Origin: an uncultured Acidobacteriota bacterium
Lineage (GTDB): Bacteria > Acidobacteriota > Thermoanaerobaculia > Multivoradales > UBA5704
Assembly: GCA_963755825.1 (NCBI GenBank)
Contig: CAVWLA010000001.1
Location: 258,808 to 322,807, forward strand
Length of the DNA stretch: 64,000 bases
Reading direction: 5' to 3'
Part shown: in pieces, positions 47,515 through 55,087 of the stretch
Layout: each line of letters begins with the position of its first letter
How positions within the stretch are numbered: position 1 is the first letter of the stretch
Position numbers and translations under genes: made by a program
The notes under the pieces: model-generated
What the model was told of the DNA's origin: nothing
The model's input: the letters and a program-made list of their open reading frames with translations, nothing else
Database searches by the model: none

Positions 47515-49392
47515 ATGACCGAGAACAACGAGACCACCGAGACGAACGATCCCAGCCAGCCGGCGCCGCCGGCGAAGGCGCTCAAGCCGGCGCCGAAGCC
47601 GGTCCTCTTCACCGTCGACGACGACCTCGAGGTGCTGCGCGCCGTCGAGCGCGACCTCCGCCGCCGTTACGGCGCCGATTACCGGGTGCTCCGCGCCAGC
47701 TCCGGCGCCTCGGCGCTCGAGGCGCTCCGCGAGCTCAAAGCGCGCGACGGCGCCCTTGCCCTCCTCCTCGTCGACCAGCGGATGCCGCAGATGAACGGCG
47801 TCGAGCTGCTCGAGCAGGCGATCCCGCTCTTCCCCGACGCCAAGCGCGTGCTCTTGACCGCCTACGCCGACACCGACGCCGCCATCCAGGCGATCAACTC
47901 GGCGCGCCTCGACTACTACCTCCTCAAGCCCTGGGACCCGCCGGAGGAGAATCTCTATCCGGCGCTGGACGACCTGCTCGCTGACTGGAAGGCGGGCTAC
48001 AGGCCGCCGTTCGAAGGGGTCCGGGTGGTGGGGCACCGGTGGTCGCCGCGATCGTTCGAGGTCCGCGACTTCCTCGCCCGCCACCAGGTGCCGTATCGGT
48101 GGCTCGACGTCGAGACCGACACGGCGGCGAAGCGGCTGGCGGAGGAGACGGTGGGGGTGGCGGCGGCGGATGCTGCGGAATCGCTCGATCCGGCCGAGGC
48201 GGTGACGGCCGTGACCGCGGCGACCGCCGCGGCCGCCGGAGTCACCCCGAAACCCTGCCTGCCGCTGGTCTTCTTTCCCGACGGCTCGCATCTGACCGAG
48301 CCGACGCGCGCCGAGCTCGCCGCCCGCCTCGGTCTGCGCACGCAGGCGGAGAAGCCGTTCTACGACCTGGTGATCGTCGGCGGCGGCCCGGCGGGGCTGG
48401 CGGCCGCGGTCTATGGCGCCTCGGAAGGGCTGCGGACGCTGATGGTCGAGGGCGACGCGCCGGGCGGGCAGGCGGGGACGAGCTCGCGGATCGAGAACTA
48501 TCTGGGCTTCCCGTCCGGTCTTTCGGGCGCCGACCTGACGCGGCGCGCGGTCGCCCAGGCGGCGCGCTTCGGGGTCGAGATCCTGTCGCCGCAGGAGGCG
48601 ACGGGCCTGAGGTTGGAGGACGCCTATCGCATCGTCACGCTGGGCGACGGCACGGCGGTGAGCTGCCACGCGCTCCTGGTGGCGACGGGGGTGTCCTATC
48701 GCAAGCTCGACATGCCGGGCGTCGAGCGGCTGACCGGCGCCGGGATCTACTACGGCGCCGCGATGACGGAGGCGATGTCCTGCCGCAACGAGGAGGTCTT
48801 CGTCGTCGGCGGCGCCAACTCGGCGGGCCAGGCGGCGATGCACCTCTCGAAGTACGCCAAGAAGGTGACCATGCTGGTGCGCGGCGCGTCGCTCGCGGCG
48901 GGGATGTCGCAGTACCTGGTCGATCAGATCTGCGGCACCCCGAACATCGAGGTGCGGTTCGGCGCCCAGGTCGCCGAAGCGCACGGCGAGGAGAGCCTGG
49001 AGGAGCTGACGATCGAGGTGCGGGAGGTCGGAAAGGAGACCTTGCCGGCGAACTCGCTGTTCATCCTGATCGGGGCGATGCCGCGGACGGGGTGGCTGGA
49101 GGGGGTGGTGGCGCGGGACGACCGGGGGTTCATCCTGTCGGGGCCGGATCTGGTGAGCGATGGAAATGGGAATGGGGCGGGTGGGGCGGGAGCGGATGGG
49201 GGGGAGGGGAAGGCCGGGCGGCGGCCTCGCGGGTGGACGCTGGACCGCGACCCTTTTTTGCTCGAGACCTCGGTGCCCGGGGTGTTCGTCGCCGGGGACG
49301 TGCGGCATGGGTCGGTCAAGCGGGTGGCCTCTGGGGTGGGGGAGGGGGCGATCGCGGTTTCGTTCGTGCACCAGTATCTGGCGCGGTTGTAG
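47515..49392 (+). CDS. Response-regulator receiver domain fused to thioredoxin-reductase-like FAD/NAD(P) flavoprotein lacking the CxxC redox disulfide
   Basis: REC domain (FTVDDDLEVLRAV...LLLVDQRMPQMNG...LLKPWD). Central thioredoxin/glutaredoxin-like fold. TrxB-like GxGxxG motifs (LVIVGGGPAGLAAAVYG and VFVVGGANSAGQAAMHL). The TrxB CATC position reads TEAM, leaving a single Cys nearby. Confidence 0.8.
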   Translation: MTENNETTETNDPSQPAPPAKALKPAPKPVLFTVDDDLEVLRAVERDLRRRYGADYRVLRASSGASALEALRELKARDGALALLLVDQRMPQMNGVELLEQAIPLFPDAKRVLLTAYADTDAAIQAINSARLDYYLLKPWDPPEENLYPALDDLLADWKAGYRPPFEGVRVVGHRWSPRSFEVRDFLARHQVPYRWLDVETDTAAKRLAEETVGVAAADAAESLDPAEAVTAVTAATAAAAGVTPKPCLPLVFFPDGSHLTEPTRAELAARLGLRTQAEKPFYDLVIVGGGPAGLAAAVYGASEGLRTLMVEGDAPGGQAGTSSRIENYLGFPSGLSGADLTRRAVAQAARFGVEILSPQEATGLRLEDAYRIVTLGDGTAVSCHALLVATGVSYRKLDMPGVERLTGAGIYYGAAMTEAMSCRNEEVFVVGGANSAGQAAMHLSKYAKKVTMLVRGASLAAGMSQYLVDQICGTPNIEVRFGAQVAEAHGEESLEELTIEVREVGKETLPANSLFILIGAMPRTGWLEGVVARDDRGFILSGPDLVSDGNGNGAGGAGADGGEGKAGRRPRGWTLDRDPFLLETSVPGVFVAGDVRHGSVKRVASGVGEGAIAVSFVHQYLARL

Positions 49393-49424
49393 AGGCTGGG
49401 CGAGCCGGCGGGTCGATTCGCGTC

Positions 49425-49740
49425 GCGCGCGATGGGGAAGGCGCGGCGGCGATGCGGTCGCGGCGGCCGCAACGGGGAAGCGGCGGCGCGAGTGGGGAAG
49501 GATCGGCTGCAATGAGGAAGGATTCGATTCTTCCTCGAAGGATTGGATTCTTCCTCGAAGCGGCCGCCGTGATGAGGAAGAATCCGGTCCTTCCTCAAAT
49601 CGGCCGTCGCAATGAGGAAGAATCCGATCCTTCCTCTCTGCAGCCGCCGCGATGGCGAAGAATCCGATCCTTCGCCATCGCGGCGGTCTCAGAGAGGAAG
49701 AGATCGATCCTTCGGCTCTCCGGCCGTCGAAATGTACTTT
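49425..49740. repeat. Tandem array of ~8 imperfect 20/40 bp hairpin repeats (consensus cggccgNcgNNatgaggaagaatccgatccttcctc)
   Basis: Units read directly: ...aatgaggaaggattcgattcttcctcgaag / gattggattcttcctcgaag / cggccgccgtgatgaggaagaatccggtccttcctcaaat / cggccgtcgcaatgaggaagaatccgatccttcctctctg / cagccgccgcgatggcgaagaatccgatccttcgccatcg / cggcggtctcagagaggaagagatcgatccttcggctctc. The stem gaggaag/cttcctc is replaced by ggcgaag/cttcgcc in one unit, a compensatory change. The array is preceded by 20 bp tggggaag units. Confidence 0.75.
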
Positions 49741-49809
49741 CTGGGCGGATCAGTGCGGGCCGCCGGCCTTCGCGAAAGACGATCTGCCGACCGTATCGTA
49801 GGTCGTGCC

Positions 49810-49832
49810 CCAGGGGGCCCTTCGCCCCCTGG
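49810..49832. terminator. Palindromic hairpin ccagggggc-ccttc-gccccctgg downstream of convergent genes
   Basis: Perfect 9 bp stem, 5 nt loop. Confidence 0.35.
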
Positions 49833-49986
49833 ACCCCCGCTCGGGCGGGCGCCGGGAGGGTTTCGCGACGGCAGTGGGTGTGCGGCACCGAAGAAGGGTG
49901 AGGCCGCCGCAGAGTCCCGTGCCACGGCTGGGTGGGGCGAGGAAGGGTGTAGCGCGAGGGCGCCGGGTTCTTGGGCGGGAGCTGTC

Positions 49987-52900
49987 CTAATCCGCCGGGT
50001 CGGAGAATTCGGCGAGGTGTTCCTCGACGAGGTCGGCGCGGTCGATGCTTTCCCAGGCAGACCTCGCCTGCGCTACGAGCTCGCGCCGCGAGGCAGGGTC
50101 TGGTGCGAGACGGGCAAGGCGGACGAGGGACCAACCGATCGAATAGGGCTCCGGGATACGGCGGTAGAGCGCGAGGGCCGCGTTGAATTGAGAGCTCGCG
50201 GCCGCGCGGTCGCCAGCCGAAAGGTCGATATCGCCGAGGCTTCTTATGCAAGTGGCCTCGCCGAGCACACCGCCGACGCGCCGGTAAAGAGGCAGAGCCT
50301 TCTGAAAGAGGTTGCGGGCGGTGTCGTGGTCGGCGTGTTCGCGAGCAATGTCGCCGAGGCTACAGAAGCAATCGGCCTCGCCGCGCGCGTCGCCGAGGCG
50401 CCGGTAGAGAGGCAGAGCCTGCTGAATAAGGTTACGGGCGGTGGCATGGTCGGAGCGGTCGAGAGCGATGTCGCCGAGGCTCTGGACACAATGGGCCTCG
50501 CCGATCATGCTGCCGATGCGCCGGTACAGAGGCAGAGCCTCCTGATAGAGGTCGCGAGCGGTGTCATGGTCGGAAAGTTGAAAAGCGATGTCGCCGAGCT
50601 TCCGGATGCAATTGGGCTCGCCGCGCCCGGTGCCGAACTGCCGGTAGAGAGGCAGAGCCTGCTGGTACAAATCGCGGGCGGTGCCGTGGTCAGAACGGTC
50701 GAGAGCGATGTCGCCGAGGCCCTGGATGCAATTGGCTTCGCCGAGCACCTTACCGACGCGCCGATAGAGAGGCAGGGCCTGCTGGTATAGGTCGCGGGCG
50801 ATGCCGTGGTCAGAACGGTAATAGGCGAGATGGGCGAACTGCGCAAGACACTCTGCTTCGATCTGTGGGTCGCCGAGCCGTGCCGCTGCCTTCAGGGTCT
50901 GTTCTTGTAGGGCCGGAGACGCTAGAAATCCGGTAAAGCTCGCGAATTTGGCCAGGGCTCTGCAAGCGGCCAGCGCCCGTTGCATGCCCTCGAGCTCGAG
51001 ACCGAGACCGAGACCGAAAATCGCCGTCGCTTCGAGGTTCCCCACCTCCGGGGCGAGACGTTCGATGGCGCCGGTGCCACCCTCGGTGCCAACCAGGTTG
51101 CCGAGCATTGCGAGCTCGAGGTAGTGGGCGACGGCGCGCTGCTGATCTTCCACCGCCGGCGGGTGACGACGCCGAACGTGCTCGCGCACGGGAGCCAGCG
51201 TGCGCAGCCTTCTATCCGAATCGAACGCCAGGCCGACTCGGCGCAGCACCGCGGCCGCCTCCTCGGCATCCTCGCTCAGAACTGCCGCGAGATCCTGGTG
51301 GGCGATGCCGTCTGGGAGTACGGCGTGGAGCGCCAGTAGGGAACGCGCTGCGGGGGTCATCCGTTTGCTGCCGATGGAGAGCTCAAGCGAGACGGCGAGG
51401 TTGGTGAGGCGCTGGTCGCCGTCGCTGGCGCGGAGCATCTCTGTGCGCTGGTCTTGCCAGCGGCGCGTGAGCCCTACGAGATCGGGCTCGGATTCGGCCT
51501 GGTAGGCGAGGAGCGTGACGGCGAGGGCGAGGCGGTCGACGGCTTCGATCAGAGGTACGAGCTGAGGATCGGAGCCGAGACGCGCTCCGGTCACGGCAAG
51601 GAAGGCGCTCCGCGCGGCCTCGGGGCTGAGCGGGCCGGCGTGAATCGCTTCGCGCCAGGGAATGCCGAAGGGCCGCTGCTCGCCGCGGATCGAGGCGGCC
51701 AGGGCCAGCCCCGAGATGCTGCAGAGATCGGCGATGAACGCCTCGGTTGCGGCCGTCTCCGCTTCCCACGGAGTTTCCAGGTTGTCCAGTACGAGCGCGA
51801 TGGGCGCCCGCTCCAGCTCAGCGAAGACTGCCGGCTCGGTGAGCGGCCCGGGCTCGACGCCGAGGGAGCGCGCGATCTCGGCGGCGAGCGCCTCGCGGCC
51901 TTTGGCGCCGTCGCAGCGGACGAAGTAGCGGCGAGGTCCGAACCGCGCGAAGGTCGGTGGGGCGTGGAGCGCTCGGAGGGTGATGGTCGACTTTCCCGCG
52001 CCGGCAGGGCCGAGGATCGGCGTCGGGGATGGCGGATCGGCGCAGAGGGAGTCGACGAGGTCGCGGATCTCGTCTTCGCGGCCGAAGCAGCGCGGGACTG
52101 TGGGGAGCCGAGGAGCACTGGGTGGGGCGCTCGGTGGCGGAGAGCTGAGTCTTCCGGCCGCCGGGCTCGCGGCGGGTACGAGCGAACGAAAGAAGGGCGC
52201 GAGGTCGCCGTAGTCAGCGCCGTAGGCGAGCGCAAAGATTCGATCCTCCCGGGGGTGCTGAGCTTGAACGCTCGCCAGCTCACTGTCGCGGCAGAGCCGG
52301 AAGTGCCGAGCCTCTCCCTCCGAGAGTACCTGGCGCGACCAGCGGAGGAGAGCCCCGAAGTTGGGATCGGCGAGGCCGTTGCCGCAGCCGATGAAGAGCA
52401 GTGTCTTCATGGTGCGCAGTGCGCGCAGCACATTCTGCGCGTGGGCATCGCCGATGACCTGCTCATAGCTGCGGATGCCCAGGACGACCGATTCCGGCTC
52501 GTCCCAGTAGCCGTGCAAGTGGAGGATCGCCGGCTCGTCGCGGAGCGCTCTCTCGATTTTGAGGCCCTGGCGCCAGGTCACCGCCGGTCTGCGCGTCACC
52601 TCTTCGAGTAGGCCGTCGTAGTTGGTTGTCGCCAGGGGGATTCCGAGATCACGCAGGGCGTCGAGCACGGAACGATCCTCGGCGCGAAGCGCTCCGACCG
52701 TCTCTTTCAGCCAGAGGCTGTACTCGGACCCGGCGGGCGCGCCGAGCTTGGCGGCGATTTTCTCTGCCGCGGAGAGAAGGTCGTCCATGTCGCCCGAACC
52801 GACGTCGGCGAGCACGCGATCTCTCCAGCCAGCGGGCAAGGATGCGCCGACGAACTGCACGCACCACTCCACGCCGACCTTAAGAAGCCCCGTCCAGGAA

Positions 52901-53013
52901 GAAGCGGGGGCGTTGCGGGTCGCGCCGACCGAGACTCCTGTCCCGACGATCGCGAGGACTCGCCCGGCGGCGACCTCCGTACGGAGATCCTGAAGTAGCA
53001 GCTCTTGAGTCAT
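49987..53013 (-). CDS. SIR2-like domain / STAND (NB-ARC-like) NTPase / TPR-repeat protein, antiviral STAND (Avs5-like, SIR2-STAND) candidate defense protein
   Basis: 1008 aa. The N-terminal ~270 aa SIR2_2/DUF4020-type domain has LAIVGTGVSV, TTNYDGLLE and LHLHGYW. The central P-loop NTPase has Walker A ILGPAGAGKSTI, Walker B LVLDNLE and a helical winged-helix region. The C-terminal ~350 aa hold at least 7 near-identical TPR units (RSDHGIARDLYQQALPLYRRVGKVLGEANCIQGLGDIALD). GC is lower than neighbouring genes. Confidence 0.8.
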   Translation of the reverse strand: MTQELLLQDLRTEVAAGRVLAIVGTGVSVGATRNAPASSWTGLLKVGVEWCVQFVGASLPAGWRDRVLADVGSGDMDDLLSAAEKIAAKLGAPAGSEYSLWLKETVGALRAEDRSVLDALRDLGIPLATTNYDGLLEEVTRRPAVTWRQGLKIERALRDEPAILHLHGYWDEPESVVLGIRSYEQVIGDAHAQNVLRALRTMKTLLFIGCGNGLADPNFGALLRWSRQVLSEGEARHFRLCRDSELASVQAQHPREDRIFALAYGADYGDLAPFFRSLVPAASPAAGRLSSPPPSAPPSAPRLPTVPRCFGREDEIRDLVDSLCADPPSPTPILGPAGAGKSTITLRALHAPPTFARFGPRRYFVRCDGAKGREALAAEIARSLGVEPGPLTEPAVFAELERAPIALVLDNLETPWEAETAATEAFIADLCSISGLALAASIRGEQRPFGIPWREAIHAGPLSPEAARSAFLAVTGARLGSDPQLVPLIEAVDRLALAVTLLAYQAESEPDLVGLTRRWQDQRTEMLRASDGDQRLTNLAVSLELSIGSKRMTPAARSLLALHAVLPDGIAHQDLAAVLSEDAEEAAAVLRRVGLAFDSDRRLRTLAPVREHVRRRHPPAVEDQQRAVAHYLELAMLGNLVGTEGGTGAIERLAPEVGNLEATAIFGLGLGLELEGMQRALAACRALAKFASFTGFLASPALQEQTLKAAARLGDPQIEAECLAQFAHLAYYRSDHGIARDLYQQALPLYRRVGKVLGEANCIQGLGDIALDRSDHGTARDLYQQALPLYRQFGTGRGEPNCIRKLGDIAFQLSDHDTARDLYQEALPLYRRIGSMIGEAHCVQSLGDIALDRSDHATARNLIQQALPLYRRLGDARGEADCFCSLGDIAREHADHDTARNLFQKALPLYRRVGGVLGEATCIRSLGDIDLSAGDRAAASSQFNAALALYRRIPEPYSIGWSLVRLARLAPDPASRRELVAQARSAWESIDRADLVEEHLAEFSDPAD
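50232..51090. repeat. ~120 bp tandem DNA repeats (x7) encoding the TPR sensor units of the STAND protein
   Basis: Plus-strand units ccggtagagaggcagagcctgctg...gatgtcgccgaggc... recur every ~120 bp at about 80% identity. Confidence 0.7.
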
Positions 53014-53167
53014 TCCGTTTTGCCTGCGTGAATGCTATCTCAGACGGCGAGGCGCCACGTGGGTGCGGAGCGAGAGCTGCGAACAGGCGGCGCGGCAGAG
53101 AGGCTGGCAAATTCTTTCGGGGGCGCCAAAGGCTTGCGGCGGTCTCGTCCCGCGAAGTGATTCAAAT

Positions 53168-53278
53168 CGTCATCCTGAGCGGAGCGAAGGATCTGGGCGG
53201 GGGGAGCTCTAAGCACAAGACGGTCAATGACTTGGAGCGCTCCCTTCCCCCGGATCCTTCGCTTCGCTCAGGATGACG
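53168..53278. repeat. Long hairpin (26 bp arms cgtcatcctgagcggagcgaaggatc / gatccttcgcttcgctcaggatgacg, ~59 nt loop with inner pairing)
   Basis: Arms at 53168-53193 and 53253-53278 are reverse complements with 1 mismatch. A third copy of the right arm lies at 53722-53746. Confidence 0.7.
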
Positions 53279-53395
53279 TACGAAGTTTCCGTGAGCCATC
53301 GCGGCGAAGTATTTGGCGGAGCCAGCAAGAATTTGCAGGCTCTGAGGACGAGGCCGATCGCCAGAATCGGGGATGAGTCGCGGCCCGCGTCCCAG

Positions 53396-53675
53396 CACGG
53401 GCATGAATGCCCGTGCTATGAGGGGCGCCGGATAAATCCGGCTTCGCGCAGTCCGTGGGCTCGTCTCGATGCCGCGGACGAGAGGTAGCGATGAGCCACA
53501 ATCTGGACGGATTGCGGACAACGCGCCCTCCTCAACATCGCCGGCGTCCTCTGCGGCTCCGGATCGGCTGAGGCGATCGAAATCCGTCTGCCGACCGCCA
53601 ACGCGCTGACCGTCCCAGTGCGCGAAGCCGGATTCATCCGGCGCCCCTCAATAGCACGGGCATTCATGCCCGTGC
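53396..53675. mobile_element. MITE-like element: ~58 bp terminal inverted repeats flanking ~165 bp, itself flanked by 25 bp direct repeats (53253-53278 and 53722-53746)
   Basis: Left TIR gcacgggcatgaatgcccgtgctatgaggggcgccggataaatccggcttcgcgcag (53396-53452). Right TIR cagtgcgcgaagccggattcatccggcgcccctcaatagcacgggcattcatgcccgtgc (53616-53675). The right TIR is the reverse complement of the left with about 4 mismatches, and each TIR contains two internal hairpins. No transposase ORF is present inside. Confidence 0.45.
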
Positions 53676-53815
53676 GGGGGTCCGGTGGCCTCGACTCGAG
53701 CCCGCGAATGCGGCGTGGCCAGATCCTTCGCTTCGCTCAGGATGACACTGCGCGGGAGCGTCAAGGAACCATGGCGCCGAAGAAATTGGCAGCGCCGCAC
53801 GAAACTCGCAAGCGC

Positions 53816-54775
53816 TCAGCTCACCGGCGCGATCCGCAGCACGATCTTGCCTCGCGTGTGCCCCGTCTCGCTGGCGGCGTGGGCTTGGGCGACGTCTTCT
53901 AAGAGATAGGTCTTTTCGATGGTGGGGCGGAGGAGGTGGGTTCGGGCGAGCTCGGCTAAGAGGTCGAGGTCGCGGGCGTTGGGTTGGGTCTTGATCCAGC
54001 GGGCTCGGCGGGCTTCGGGGGAGAGGCGGGCGGCGAAGGCGGTGCGCAGGCGGGCGAGGGCGATGCGGGGGCCGATCTCGGTGGTCACGTAGGTGCCTCC
54101 GTCGAGGAGGGCGCGGTCGCAGAGGGTGAAGTCGGAGGCTCCGGCGGCGTCGAAGATGACGTGGAAGGCCTCGTCTCCGGCGGTGAAGTCTTCGGTCGTG
54201 TAGTCGATGGTGCGCTCGGCGCCGAGGCCGCGGAGGAACTGCTGGCTGGTGGGGCCGGCGATGGCGGTGACGTGGGCTCCGATGGCGGCGGCGATCTGGA
54301 CGGCGAGGTGACCGACTCCGCCGGCGGCACCGAGGATGGCGAGGCGCTGGCCGCGGGCGAGGGCGGCGAGGTCGCGCAGGGACTGGAGCGCGGTGAGGCC
54401 CGCCAGGGGGAGCGCCGCGGCCTCTTCGTAGGTGAGCTCCTCGGGCTTGTGGGCGACGGCGGTGGCGAGAGCGTACTCGGCGTAGCCGCCGGCATGGCCG
54501 TCGAGCATGGCGAAGACGGGGTCTCCCGGCTCGAAGCCCTCGACCTCGGGGCCGACCGCCTCGACGTCCCCCGAGACGTCGAAGCCGAGGATGTGGGGGA
54601 AGCGCAGGGGGTGGACGAAGCGGAGGCTGCCCCGGCGGATCTTCCAGTCGATCGGGTTGACGCTCGCGGCGCGGACGCGGATGAGGACCTGGCCGGCTCC
54701 CGCGGTGGGGCGGCTGGCGCCGCCGATGATCAGCCGCTCGGGGCCGCCGTAGCGGGTGAGGAGGGCCGCCCTCAT
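53816..54775 (-). CDS. qor: NADPH:quinone oxidoreductase / zinc-independent MDR-family oxidoreductase
   Basis: 319 aa with a GroES-like N-domain and Rossmann motif ILGAAGGVGHLAVQIA. Confidence 0.8.
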   Translation of the reverse strand: MRAALLTRYGGPERLIIGGASRPTAGAGQVLIRVRAASVNPIDWKIRRGSLRFVHPLRFPHILGFDVSGDVEAVGPEVEGFEPGDPVFAMLDGHAGGYAEYALATAVAHKPEELTYEEAAALPLAGLTALQSLRDLAALARGQRLAILGAAGGVGHLAVQIAAAIGAHVTAIAGPTSQQFLRGLGAERTIDYTTEDFTAGDEAFHVIFDAAGASDFTLCDRALLDGGTYVTTEIGPRIALARLRTAFAARLSPEARRARWIKTQPNARDLDLLAELARTHLLRPTIEKTYLLEDVAQAHAASETGHTRGKIVLRIAPVS

Positions 54776-55087
54776 TCGGCGGCTCCCGCCGCGGCCCAGC
54801 GGCGTGCGGGTCTCGCGCCTTGTTGGTTCATCGATCTCTCCGTGCGCGAGGCGTGCGGTTCGCGAAGGGGTGCCGCGCGGCTGCTGCTGCCGCTCGGCGG
54901 AGCGAGTGTAGCCCAGCGGGTTGCGCGCTGCAGATGGCTGGCGATTTCGTTGTCGCCGGTCGATGCGGAACGGTCTGTGGCAAGAGCTCGCGGATTGGCG
55001 GGGCGCCGCCCGCTGGCTGTAACATGACCGGGCAGCGCCGCGCCTCTAGCTCCGACGATGAACCTCATCTCTCATGGAGGAAGCTCG

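Noticed and set aside
49425-49740. Possible CRISPR array
   Set aside because: The segments between the palindromic cores are themselves conserved between units (cggccgNcgNN) rather than unique spacers. The unit length (20-40 bp total) is too short for repeat plus spacer. No cas genes are nearby. It was classed as a hairpin tandem repeat.
47113-50790. ORFs 47113-49512 (-) and 49612-50790 (+), the latter beginning with MRKNPILP generated by the hairpin repeats
   Set aside because: They are antisense to the RR-TrxR gene and to the STAND TPR region. Their N-termini derive from translating the tandem repeats.
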